Source: Mobula hypostoma (Eukaryota). Taken from it: a stretch of 64,000 nt of DNA. The stretch lies in contig NC_086097.1 of the NCBI RefSeq assembly GCF_963921235.1, positions 255,566,001 through 255,630,000 of the forward strand, read 5' to 3'. Positions within the stretch are counted from its first letter, which is position 1, and every line of letters begins with the position of its first letter. Positions 1-12,507 of the stretch are shown piece after piece. The translations under genes and the position numbers were made by a program. Under the pieces are notes generated by a model that was not told the DNA's origin, ran no database searches, and worked only from the letters and a program-made list of their open reading frames with translations.

Positions 1-898
1 CACTGAAAGTTAAATTTTAGAGTGTTCTGCACAAGGACTCCCAAATTCCTCTGGATCTCAGTGTTCTGGATTTTCTCCCAGCTTAGAAAATAGTCTGCAC
101 ATTTATTTCTACTACCAAAGAGCGTGACCATGCATTTGCCAACATTGTATTTCATTTGCCACTCTCTTGCTCATTCTCCTAATCTGTCCAAGTCCTTCTG
201 CAGCTTACTAGTTTCCTCAACACTACCAGCCCCTCGACCATTCTCCACATCATCTGCAAACATGACAAAGCCATCTATTCCATCTAAATCATTGATATTC
301 AGCATAAAAAGCAGTCCCAACATCGACCTCTGCAGAACACCACTAGTCACTGGCAGACAACCAGAAAATGATCCTTCTATTCCCACTCGCTGCCTCCTAC
401 CAATTAGCCAATGCTCTAACCACGCCAGTAACTTTCCTGTAATACCATGAGCTCCTAACTTGGTAAACACCCTCATGTGTGGCATCTTGTCAAAGGCTTC
501 CAGGAAGTCCAAATATACAGTATCCACTGCATCCCCTTTTTCCATTCTATGTGCAATCTCCTTAAAGAATTCCAACAGTTTGTTAGGTAAGATTTTCCCT
601 TAAGGAAGCTATGCTGACTTTGTCCTACTTGTCCCGTGTCAACAAGTTCTCCATAACCTCAACCTTAACAATTGACACCAACATCTTCCCAACCACTAAG
701 GTCAGGCTAACTGGTCTGTAATTTCCTTTCTTCTGCCTCTCTCCCTTCTTGAAGAGTGTAGTGGCATTTGCAATTTCCAATTCTTACAGAACCATGCCAG
801 AATCAATTGATTCTTGAAAGATCATTACCAATGGCTCACAATCTCTTCAGACATCTTTTTCAGAACCCCGGGCTGTATACCATCTGGTTCAGGTGACT
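1..898 (-). mobile_element. CR1-clade LINE reverse transcriptase fragment (decayed)
   Basis: ORF 171..575 carries VYLDF..AFDK.PH, VTSGV.Q.S.LG and FADD. Frameshifted flanks. Confidence 0.9.
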
Positions 899-900
899 TA

Positions 901-1760
901 CAGTGGTATGCAAAGGTTTGGGCACCCCTGGTCTAATTTCTGTTACTGTGAATAGCTAAGCAAGTAAAAGATGAACTGATTTCCAAAAGGCATTAAGATG
1001 ACACATTTCTTTAATATTTTAAGGAAACTTTTTTATTTCCGTCTTTTACAGTTTCAAAATAACAAAAAAGGAAAAGGGCCCAAAGCAAAAGTTTGGGCAC
1101 CCTGCATGGTCAGTACGTAGTAACACCCTCTTTGGCAAGTATCACAGCTTGTAAATGCTTTCTGTAGCCAGCGAAGTGTCTTTCAATTCTTGTTTGGGGG
1201 ATTTTCGCCCATTCTTCCTTGCAAAAGGCTTCTAGTTCTGTGAGATTCTTGGGCCGTCTTGCATGCACTGCTCTTTTGGGGTCTATCCACAGATTCTCGA
1301 TGATGTTTAGGTCAGAGGATTGTGAAGGCCATGGCAAAACCTTCAGCTTGTGCCTCTTGAGGTAGTCCATTGTGGATTTTGAGGTGTGTTTAGGATCACT
1401 ATCCTGTTGTAGAAGCCATTCCCTTTTCATCTTCAGCAGTTTTTTTTTTAAACAGACGGTGTGATGTTTGCTTCCAGAATTTGCTGGTATTTAATTGAAT
1501 TCATTCTTCCCTTTACCAGTAAATGTTCCCCGTGCCACTGGCTGCAACACAAGCCCAAAGCATGATCAATCCACACCCATGCTTAACAGTTGGAGAGGTG
1601 TTCTTTTCATGCAATTCTGCACCCTTTTTTCTCCAAATATACCTTTGCTCAATGCGGCCAAAAAGTTCTATCCAAAAGGTTCAAAGGAATATCTAAAGAA
1701 GCCTGATGCATTTTGGAAACAAGTCCTGTGGACTGATGAAGTTAAAATTGAACTTTTTGC
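901..1760 (-). mobile_element. Tc1-family (DD34E) DNA transposon, 3' half with IR/DR-type terminal repeat
   Basis: TA|CAGTGGTATGCAAAGGTTTGGGCACCC at 899-901, with the inner direct repeat GCAAAAGTTTGGGCACCC near 1085. ORF 1110..1430 has QQDSDPKH...SSDLNIIENLW, with 34 residues between D and E. Confidence 0.92.
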
Positions 1761-1764
1761 TGAA

Positions 1765-2640
1765 TGCACGAAGACTTTTGGCTGCTCACCCTCGAGAATG
1801 CCATTGTCATGATCTGAGACATCGCTGACCTAGGCACCAGGAAGGAAACATACATTCCTAGTGTCTCTATCGTGCCCGCAGAACCTTGTCTCTGTTCCTC
1901 TGAATAAGGAATCTCCTATCAGCACTGCAGTCTTCTTCACCTCTTGTTCTTCTGAGTCACAGCACCAGACTCAGTGCCAGAGACCCAGTCACTCAACAAT
2001 ATCTAAAGTTGTATACTTATTGAGGGGAATGGCCATAGATGTACTCTGCACTGGCTGTACATTTCCCCTCCTTCTCCTGACAGTCACCCAGTTACCTGTC
2101 TCCTGCAACCTAGGGGTGACTACCTCCCTGCAGCTCCCATCACCTCCTCATCTTCCCGTATGAGTCAAAGGTCATCAAGCTGCAGCTCGGTGCATCTGGC
2201 GCAGATGGATTTCTCCAGGAGACTGGAGGTCTCCCAGACTTCCCACACCCAGTACAAAACACTGCCCCTGGAGCCATTCTCACTACACTACTATGCACAA
2301 ACAGATGAGGAATGAAGAAATAAGAGATAGTTGCCTGATACTTTACCTCATCCAAATCTGATCTCGCCCAAGCCCGATGAGCCAAAGCCACTGCAAAAAC
2401 AGGCACACTCAAAAGAATGGCCACTCCACTTGCACTTGCCTTGAGCTACCTTATCAAAGCTGTTTCATTAAACAGCACCTAATCCAGAATTGCCTTTCCC
2501 CTAATAAGCCCCACCACGAGCATCTCCAAAAACCCATCTCGTAGGCATTCTACAAATTCTCTTTTGATCCAGCACCAAATTGATTTCCCGATCTACTTAC
2601 ATACTGAAATCTCCCATGACCATCTTAACACAGTCTTTTT
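1765..2640 (-). mobile_element. CR1 5' UTR/ORF1 (Cys-rich N-terminus plus esterase remnant), followed by an endonuclease fragment
   Basis: MAPGAVFCTGCG start near 2277 and an esterase-like segment homologous to 10500-11000 and 56300-56800. Confidence 0.7.
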
Positions 2641-3499
2641 GACGTGATTTATTCAGAATACTTTATCAACCTGATGACGTATACGACTACTTCATAATAA
2701 ACAATGATACTGATTATACTTTTCTTTAAAAGCCTGTGGATAATTATTATACATTGCTGCTCAGGATAATGCAACTTTGTATTTCTTAGCAGGATTTGAG
2801 CTCTGAATGTACTCGTGGTTTGAAATTATATTCACTGTTTGAAGTTACCATAAATAATAATTTACTTGTTACCTTCTTCCCATGAACAGACCCAGGACAG
2901 TATTAAGGAAGATCAAGTCTGTCGTCAGTTATTTGATTTCATTGACTAAGTGATTTTATTGATATCTTTGGACATAGGAAGAACAAGGTCCAAGTATAAA
3001 AATCAAATTTTTAATCAATTTCCAGAGTTGAATTCATGTTAAGCCCACACATGGTGTCCATGAGAAGTTTCTGCTTTCTGAATTTGATGTTTAACTGACC
3101 AGTTTATGAACCATAACTGAACTTAATGATCAAGTGCTTTTTTTTTCCCTGAGCAAAAGGAATGCATAAAAAGCTACAAACTAAAAGAAGCTTAATCTGA
3201 CATAACAAAAATCTGTTAGTTTTCATTTCAGTACAAATTAAAATCATTACACATGAATGCGTGAAATCTGAGCTCGTACTAAAAACTAAAGCTTTTGATG
3301 TGTAATTTCTGGAATAGCAGCGAAAACCTGAATGTGTAATTGCCTACGTGGCATTAGAACACCATGACCAAAGAGCAGAACTCACAACAACACCTGAACA
3401 AAAACAAGTTTACCAGATTAAATAGCCTGTTCAACATTCAAATGTTATCCTTTCCTGTTTCATCCAGAACTAATTTCAAGTTTCAAATTAAGCTGGTAA

Positions 3500-4940
3500 G
3501 TCTCAGGTCAGTGATCGGGAAGTGACTGGAGAGATTTTTTAGGGATAGGATTTAGGAGCATGACCCTAATCATGGGGTAATTATGGAGAGCCAGCATGGC
3601 TTTCTGCAGGGCGAGTCTCATCTTACTAACTTGATTTTGTTTTTGACAAGGTGACGTGTGATTGATGAAGGTAGAGCTGTGGATATGGTCTACATGGATT
3701 TTAGTAAGATGTTTAGAAAGGTCCCTCATGGAGATTCATCCAGAAGATTAAGATGCATGGGATCCATGGTGAATTTGTCTTGCCCATAGAAGACAGAAGG
3801 TAGTGGTTGAAGGACCTTATTCTAGCTGGAAATCTGTAATAAGTAGTGCTCCACAGAGATCTGTGCTGGGAACTCTGCTGTTTATGGTCCAAAAATGACC
3901 AGGATAAAAATGTAAATGAGTGACTTGGTAGGTTTGCAGACGATACGAAAAATGGTGACTTTGTGGATAGCATACGATATATACCAGTCCCAGTCCTGAT
4001 AAATGGTCTCGATTGTTTATTCTTTTCGATTGATGCCTACTGAATTCCTCCAGCATTTTGTGCGTGTTGCTTTGGATTTCCAGCATTTGAATATTTTCTC
4101 GTATTTGGGATTAGAGTAGGGGCAGAGAAATGGCAGATGAAGTTTAACCTGGCCAAAAGTGAAGTGTGGTAGGTCAAATGCAAAGAGACAGTTCACTGTT
4201 AAGGGCAAGACCCTTAACAGTTGATGAGCAGAGGGATCTAGGGGTCCAAGTTCATAGCTCCTTGAAAGTGGCTACACAGTTTGATAGGGCGGTTAGGACT
4301 TATGACTTGTCGCCTTTATTAATCGAGGCATTAAGCTCACAAGTCAGAAAGTTATGTTGCAGCTTTATAAAACTAGTTAGGCAGCATCTGAAGTATTGCA
4401 CACAGTTCTGGTTACACCATTATAGGAAAGGTATCAAGGCTTTGGAGAGGGTGCAGAAGAGGGTTTACCAGGGTGCTGCCTGGATTATAGGGGATGTGCT
4501 ATAACAAGAGGTTCGACAAACTTGGGCTGTTTTCCCTGGAGCGGTGGAGGCTGAGGGATCATCTGATAGAAGTTTATAAGATTACGAGAGGCATCGATGG
4601 AATAGACAGACAGTATATTCTTCCCAGGGTTGAAATATCTGATACCACGGGGCATGCATTTAAGGTGAGGCGGTAGTTTCAAAGGAGATGTTAGGGGCAA
4701 TTTGCTCCCCCACCCCCACAGGGAGCAGGGGTGCCTGGAATACACTGCCTGGGGCAGTGGCAGATGTAGATACATTAGACATGTTTAGATATGGATATGA
4801 ATACAAGGGAAATGAAGGATATGGTCATTGTGTAGGCAGAAGGCACTAGTTTAGTTGGCTACTAGATTACAAATTGAATTGGTTCGGCACAACGTTGGGA
4901 ACCAAAAGGTCTGTCGCTGTACTGTTCCATGTTCTAATGC
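3500..4940 (+). mobile_element. CR1 RT to 3' UTR fragment (decayed), interrupted by a short Penelope-like insert
   Basis: RDLGVQVHSSLKVA, LVR.HL.YC.QFW and GLFSLERWRLR.HLIEVYKI peptides in broken frames. Confidence 0.85.
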
Positions 4941-5064
4941 TCTATTTTCCTTACTCTTGTATACATTTCCTTCTGAAAAGCTAGCATTTTGCTTCCAGTT
5001 GAAAACTGGCCCTTCCAAGAACTTCAGGACTTATACAAGTTCTTTTAAATGATTAAATACTTAC

Positions 5065-5181
5065 TTTCGCTAAGGTGCCCTTTTTGGCATACATATCTGT
5101 CCGCAACCCAAAGTTCTGTAGGTCAGCCGGTTTGTCCTTTGCCTTTTCTGGGAAGTTCAACATCTGCTGAGAGGCAGGAAT
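5065..5181 (-). CDS. SMARCC1: SMARCC1 coding exon (117 nt), [39 protein letters not shown]
   Basis: Acceptor ctttgcag|ATT, donor AAA|gtaagt, phase 0 to 0. QQMLNFPEK...[10 protein letters not shown] motif just upstream of SANT. Not in the ORF track. Confidence 0.95.
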
Positions 5182-5424
5182 CTGCAAAGGAGTTTCAGGA
5201 ATTGGTGGACATAAAACAACATTATTTAGTAAACCAAGTTAGTTTTAAAAGTTCAATTAACAGAATATGTTCAATTACACACAGGAAACAAGGCTGAAAT
5301 GTACATGCTGGGGTTTTATACAGGATTGGTCAGACTGGACTTGGAGTATTGACAGCAATTTTTTGTCTCCTTCTCCAAGAGGAGATGTGCTGGCATTTCA
5401 GATGGTAAAGGAGGTTCACAAGGT

Positions 5425-6635
5425 AGATAGATACTTCCTTTATCCCAAAGGAAATTACTATCACAGTGGTATTACAAGTGCACAAATATAAAAATATTAG
5501 AAGAGAAGAAAGGAAGAATAAAAATAAGTTACCTTAAAAATAAGACGTACTAGATTTGCAAGTCAAAGATGGTAGTGTAAGAATTACCGTAATATACATT
5601 AATGGGTTCACATTCACACTGTTCAGATAAATGATTGTAGTATTGCACAGGTGTGTCTGCAATAGCAGGGTGTGGTAAACAGAGGTTAATAACAGTCTAA
5701 CAAGGAGTCATCACTTCCCCAGATATAGGCTGACTCAGCCAAGGATAAGAATAACCTCATAATGCTCTTTGGAGCAGCACAGTTGTCTCAATCTATCACT
5801 GAAAGTGCTCCTCTGATCAGCCAAAGTGGCATGCAGAAGATGAGAAACATTGTCCAGAATTGCAAGGATTTTACAGAGGGTCCTTTGTTTTACCACGGCC
5901 TCCAGTATGTCCAGTTTGATTCCTATAAGAGCCAGCCTTTTATCAGTTTATTGAGCGTGTTGAAACCATTGCCCCAGCACACCACCACATAGGAGAAAGC
6001 ACTGTCCACAACAGACAGGTAGAGCATCTGAAGGAGAGGACTGCATACTCCAAAGGACCTCAGGAAGTACAGGTGACTTTGGCTCTTCTCGTGCTGTATT
6101 CTTTTGGCTCATATTGGTGCTCCACAGAAGTCTGACGTCCGGGTGCACCCCAAGGTACTTGCAGGTCCTCACCACATTAAAAGTTACAGGGAGCAGTGAA
6201 GGCTTGGTCTTCCTAAAGTCCATCACCATCTCCTTTGTCTAGTGAGCTGCAGATGATTCAGCTTGCACCATTTGACAAAGTCCTCCACCAGGGCTCTGTA
6301 TTCATCTTCCCATCCTCCCTTTGTACACCCAATTTCTGCAGATGACATGATTCAGTGCTGCATATAAAGTCCAAGGTATACAGGAAAAACAGGAAGGGAG
6401 CCAATACAATCCCGAGGGGCACTAGTGCTGCTTATAGCCATGTCTGATACACAGCCCTGAAGCCGCAAAACCTGGGAGCCATTATCCGGAATGCAATGGA
6501 AGTGCCACCTGCATTAAATGAAGCTTTTCCTCCAACAATGAAGGCTGTATGATATTGAAGGCACTTGAGAAATCAAACAACTTGATCCTCAATGCTACCC
6601 TGCTTATTCAAATGGGAGTAGGCTCTGTTCAGCAC
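5425..6635 (-). mobile_element. Rex1/Babar-clade LINE RT fragment (decayed)
   Basis: ORF 5948..6229 has MV.DFRK...KYLGVH.D..L.WSTN, the Rex-type RT C-terminus. Confidence 0.7.
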
Positions 6636-6649
6636 GTTAAAATTATATT

Positions 6650-7155
6650 ATGGAAGCTGGTATGAAGGTTGTCCTGTCCAAGACCGGAAGAAGCTGCAGA
6701 AGATCGTGAACACGACGCAGCACACCACACAAACCAATCTTCCATCCTTGGACTCACTTTACACCGCACGCTGTCGGAACAGTGTTGCCAGGATAATCAA
6801 GGACACAATCCACCCAGCCAACACTTTTTGTCCCTCTTCTCTCCGGGAGAAGGCTCAGGAGCTTGAAGACTCGTACGGCCAGATTTGGGAACATCTTCTT
6901 TCCGACTGTGATAAGACTGCTGAACGGATCCTGACCCGGATCTGGGCCGTACCCTCCAAATATCCGGACCTGCATCTCAGTTTTTTTTGCACTACCTTAC
7001 TTTCCATTTTTCTGTTTTCTATTTATGATATATAATTTAAATTTTTAATATTTACTATCGATTTGTAATCCAGGGAGCGGGAAGCGCAGAATCAAATATC
7101 GCTATGATGATTGTACGTTCTAGTATCAATTGTCTGGTGACAATAAAGTATAAAA
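6650..7155 (+). mobile_element. Rex1/Babar LINE 3' end; same family as 53890-55710 and 35855-35955
   Basis: TAQHITQTNLPSLDSLYTARC-like peptide. 3' UTR ending CAATAAAGTATAAA, closely similar to the reverse complement of 53890-54420. Confidence 0.85.
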
Positions 7156-7409
7156 TTGATGCAAAACTTTATACATTTAATTGGAATTAATTTAAATAAA
7201 TGTACATGATAACTGCATGAGACTTTCATGAGAAAAAGATTTACAGAAAAATTTGATTTCCACCAATCCGAACAACAAATGTCACATTAATCTACAACTC
7301 TGGAATGTAAAGGGAAAGGGCAGTAGGATGAGCTGATGCATACTCGATGCTTTCTCAGCTGAACTGGAGAGTGAAGGGAAAGAGCAGTTGCATGAAATGA
7401 GGAGCTTAC

Positions 7410-7563
7410 TTGTGGGGTTCTCAGATGAACAGGTACCAAACCAGAAGGTGTATCTGCAAGAACATTGAAGTGAGGAGTCGGTGGAGGACCCATTGGCAGA
7501 GGGCGACTGTCAGCATCCACTTGGTAATTCACAAGGCCCCATTGCTCCAAGAAGGCATGAACT
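7410..7563 (-). CDS. SMARCC1: SMARCC1 coding exon (154 nt), (R)[51 protein letters not shown]; end of SWIRM
   Basis: Acceptor tctctag|A, donor CAA|gtaagc, phase 2 to 0. [14 protein letters not shown] and HLR favour SMARCC1 over SMARCC2. Confidence 0.96.
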
Positions 7564-7926
7564 CTAGAGAAAGCAAGATGCACATGAATGCATGCAGCAA
7601 AGAGTTAGAACATCAGACTTCCCTCAATTACCTGCTGTCTTGGTGTTAACCCAAAACACTCAGGTACTTTGCAGTAAAAAACCATGTATATGCTTGGAAT
7701 TAGAAATAAACACAAATACGCATGACAGCAGCATTTGGAGACAGAAACTAGTACAGATGCTAAATGAAGGAAAAATAAATTAACCATACTTTAAATGAGA
7801 AAGGAGGAATGGAAGATAAAGTCAAAACTGCTCTCCACCCCTTCTGTTCTCTCTGCCCCCTTCCCTTTACTGGGAATTAAAATGTTTGATTGATTAACTT
7901 TTCCATTTTCTATTGCCTTCACCTTA

Positions 7927-8157
<231 letters not shown>

Positions 8158-8811
8158 TTAGTTAAAGTCTGTCAGGAGCCTTTGTGGCCCATCAGGCCGG
8201 TTTCTTCCACAAGTAATAGCATCCATCAACTGACCACAGCTATTGCACAACTTCATTTATTACCTTAATACTGAATGATTCCAGCCCTCCCTCCCTCTAT
8301 TCCATCTCACATTCTGCCACACCACAAGTGACCTGAGCCATTGCACAACTTCATTTATTACCATAATACTGAGGAAAGAGAATTTCTGCCCTTCAATGTA
8401 GCTTTCCATCTGGAGGCACCAGAACTAATCATAATTCATTAAAAACCTTGAAATTAAATCTTACTTGCTGCTCATCACTTACAGAAGTACGCAGGCATAC
8501 AGAGTAAACATCCACTAATCTGCATCAATTGCAGAATCACACAATTTATTACATGCTGCTCTAGTTTCATTGGCAAATTTGCAAAGTTATTTTCATCTGC
8601 AGGTCATTAACAGTAAACATCCATCATTAAGGAACTGCCCTCACCCAGATCATGCCACCTTCTCACTGCTATCAGGGAGGAAGGTAGAGGAGCCTGAGGA
8701 CACACTCAATGTTGCAGGAACAGCTTTTCCTTCTCCACCATATTTCTGAATGGACAACTACCTCACCATTTTTTCCACTACTTATTCAATTTATCTTTTT
8801 TATATACACTA

Positions 8812-10342
8812 CAGGTTTCCCCCGCCGTCCGAAGGTAGAGCGTTCCTATGAAACGGTTCGTAAGCGAAATATCATAAAGCAAAGAAGCAATTACCATTTA
8901 TTTATGAGAAAATTTTGTGAGCGTTCACAGACCCAAAAATAACCTACCAAATCATGACAAATAACACAAAACCTAAAATAACAGTAACATATAGTAAAAG
9001 CAGGAATGATATGATAGATACACAGCCTATATAAAGTAGAAATACTTCTCTACAACGATTGCCTGCACAGATCTCCGTAGCGAAAATCTCAGGCAAGTGC
9101 TCTCGGCAGAAAATCTCACGCAAGCGCTGTTGGCATAAACGCGCTCTCCAGTAACCTTTAAACTATGAAGCTGCCAAATCTACCAAATAATACGGAAAAA
9201 TACACAGCCTATATAAAGTAGAAATAATGTACGTGTAGTGTAGTATCACTTACCAGAATTGGGAAAACAGCGTCGAGCACATTGATGATGGTGTGTTAGA
9301 CTGAGTCGTCGCAGGCTGGGTGGTACAGTGGCCCCCACCCTCCAGGCCGCTGACCCGATACATTGCCGCAAGGAACACAGCGGTAGCCAGGAGGCACACA
9401 GCACATCTTTAAGAAAAAAGCCGAAATACACATGCTAATTAATTACATGCCACCTAGCACGTAATTAATTAGCATGTTTATTTCGGCATTTTTCTTAAAG
9501 ATGTGCTGTGTGCCTCCCGGCTACCGCTGCGTTCTTAGCGAATCGGTGCAGTATCCGTCCGGGGCACGAGTGTTGGGGTGGTGGGACATGGGGGTGTTAT
9601 CTCATCGTCGATCAGGGCAGGCAGCTCATCTCCTCCAATGACTGCCCGCCTCGATGTCGAAAGTCGAGGTTCGTCGTCTGCTGTGGCTGATGTGGAAGGC
9701 TTGCTTGACTGCTGAGCCTCGTGCTTTTTTTTTAAATCATACAGTTGTTTGTAAGCACTCAAACCATCTTGCAAATATCCCCTAAACCTACGTACCCTTT
9801 CAAAATTAAACGCGTACTTTATCATTGCAGCAAAAATCTCACGCAGTTGCTTCACTTTCTGCATTTGGTTTCGATTGTTATCCTTTCCTCTTCCAATTGC
9901 ATCAGCTCTTCATCTATCAGTTCTTGGTCATGGGATGCCAAAACCTCTTCAACATCATCTTCGTCAACTTCCACAAGCCAAACTCACTTTGACCTTGCTT
10001 CATTCACCATGATCGAAACGCTTAATTATATCTAGTGTTACGCTAAGTGTAACACCCTTACTCTTTCAGGCTTTTCCGACACCTTAGAACTCATCTTGCT
10101 AACAGCTGCTCAATGCAACGTCTTAAAGCAATGCCGTTCTGAATCTGGGGGAGAGCGGCTGCTCGGGGCGCGCGCTGCCTTTTATCGCACACTGATTTTT
10201 ACGCGCACTGATTTTTTATCGCGCGCTGCCTTTCTTCGTAACAGTGAAAACACCTTCTGAAAGCGAAAACAGGGTACTAATGTAGGTCTTTCGTAACAGT
10301 GAGGTTTCGTAAAGTGAACGTTCGAAAAGCGGGGGACACCTG
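8812..10342 (-). mobile_element. Tigger/pogo-family non-autonomous DNA transposon (internally deleted), inserted into a Rex-type 3' tail
   Basis: TIRs CAGGTTTCCCCCGC and CAGGTGTCCCCCGC (13/14 match), TA on the left and TG on the right. Transposase C-terminal remnant EVDEDDVEEVLASHDQELIDEEL and ORF 9535..9864. Host sequence resumes at 10343. Confidence 0.85.
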
Positions 10343-11399
10343 TGCTTGTTGTAATTTATGATATGTGCTGCAATACATTCCTACTACAAAACAAATTTCC
10401 TGGCATATGCCAGTGATATTAAACCTGCTCCTAGAACTGATCCACAGGGTGGATCCCTCAGTAATCATTATCTCGTTTTGGATGCTGTTGAAGGGGGGAG
10501 AGAGACCTGACAGGATGACCACAGCGATCAGGTCTCTGGCACTGAGCATGGCTCCATGGTGCAGAAGGGAGAGAAGATGAGGAATGCAGCAGTCATAGGA
10601 GATTCCATCGTGAGGGGAACAGACGGAAGGTTCTGTCAGCCTGATAAGAGATACCTGCATGGTGTGTTGCCACACAGGTGCTAGAGTACAGGATGTCTCA
10701 GATCAGGTGCAGAATATTCTGAAAGGAGAAAATGAACAGCCAGAACTCTTGGTACACATTGGTACCAATGACATAGGCAGAAAAAGGGAGGAGGTCCTGA
10801 AGAGAGAATTCAGGGAGTTAGGTAGGAAGCTGAAAAGCAGAACCTCCAGGATAGTAATCTCAGGATTGCTGCCTGTGCAACATGCTAACGAGTGCAAGTA
10901 TAACATGATCAGGCATATTAATGTGTGGATGAGAGACTGGTGTAGGGGACAGGGCTTCAAGTTCCTGAATCATTGGGCATCTTCTGGGGGAGGTACAACC
11001 TGTACAAAAAGGACAGGTTACACCTGAACCCAAAGGGGTCCAATATCCTAGCAGGCAGGTTTACTAGAGCTGTCAGGGAGGGTTTAAAATAATTTGGCAA
11101 GGGAATGGGAACCAGAGTGATAGGGCTGTGGAAGGGGAAAACAGCAATAAATCAAAGATAGCATGCAACAGAGATGATAGAAAGGACAGGCAGGAGATGA
11201 GGCATAATCACAGCCAGTGGGATGATTTACAACAGAAAGCAATAAATACTGGACTGAAAGTGTTATATTTGAATGCACGCAGCATAAGAAATAAAATGGA
11301 CGATCTTGAAATTCAGCTACAGATTAGTAAGCACGATGACACAGCCATCTCTGAAACTTGGCGAAAGGATGGCTGCCATTCGGAGCGGAACGTCCAAGG

Positions 11400-12146
11400 A
11401 AAAAGAAACACGATACAGGCCCTTCAGCCCACAATGCTGTGCCGAACATCTACTTACTTTAGAAATTACCTAGGGATGATCACAGCCCTCTATTTTTCTA
11501 AGCTCCATGTATCTGTCCAGGAGTCTCTTAAAGACCCTATCATATCAGCCTCCACCACCGTTGCCGGCAGCCCATTCCACACACTCACCGCTCTCTGCGT
11601 AAAAAAAAATCTTACTCCTGACACCTCCTCTGTACCTACTTTCAAGTGCCTTAAAACCGTGCCCTCTTGTGTTAGCCATTTCAGCCCTGGGGAAAAAGGC
11701 TCTGATTATCCGCACGATCAATGCCTCTCATCATCTTATACACTTTGAAAAGGTCACTTCTCATCCTCTGTCGCTCCAAGGAAAAAAGGCAGAGTTCACT
11801 CAACCTATTCTCATAAGGCATGCTCCCCAGTCCAGGCAACATCCTTGTAAATCTCCTCTGCACCCTTTCTATGGTTTCCACTTCCTTCCTGTAGTGAGGC
11901 GACCAGAACTGAGCACAGTACTCCAAGTGGGGTCTGACCAGGGTCCTAGATAGCTGTAACATCACCTCTCCACTTTTGAACTCAATCCCATGGCTGATGA
12001 AGGCCAATGCACCGTATCTGTTCTTAACCACAGAGTCAACCTGCACAGCAGCTTTGAGTGTCCTATGGACTCTGACCCCAAGAGCCCTCTGATCCTCCAA
12101 TCCTCCATACTACCAAGACTTTTACCATTAATACTATATTCTGCCA
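11400..12146 (-). mobile_element. 5'-truncated CR1 3' fragment nested in a CR1 endonuclease region
   Basis: ORF 11681..12100 has LVRPHLEYCAQFWSPHYRK. The host frame is broken at 11400 and resumes at 12147. Confidence 0.85.
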
Positions 12147-12507
12147 TACGATGTATCGGAAAGATGGGTTAGTAGGCAGAGGGAGTGGTGTGGCCCTGTG
12201 TATGAGAAATAATATTAACTCATGAGAAAGGGATGACATAGGATCAGAAGGTGTAGAGTATTTATGGGTTGAGAAATGGCAAGGGCAAAAGGACCCTAAT
12301 AGCAGTTGTATACAGGCCTCCAAACAGCAGCCGGGATGTGAATTACAAATTACAGCAGGAGATAGAAAAGAGGTGTCTGAAGGGCAATGTCATGATAATC
12401 ATTGGAGATTTTAACATGAAAGTGGATTGGGAAAACCAGGCCAAAGAGAGAGAATTTGTGGCTAAATTTGCCAATGATACGAAGATATGTAGAGGATCAG
12501 GTAGTAT

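Noticed and set aside
2669..2714. C/D-box-like CTGATGA...CTGA, plus a minus-strand GTGATGA near 8472
   Set aside because: The first is too short, lacks a terminal stem and is antisense to the host gene. The second has no matching D box.
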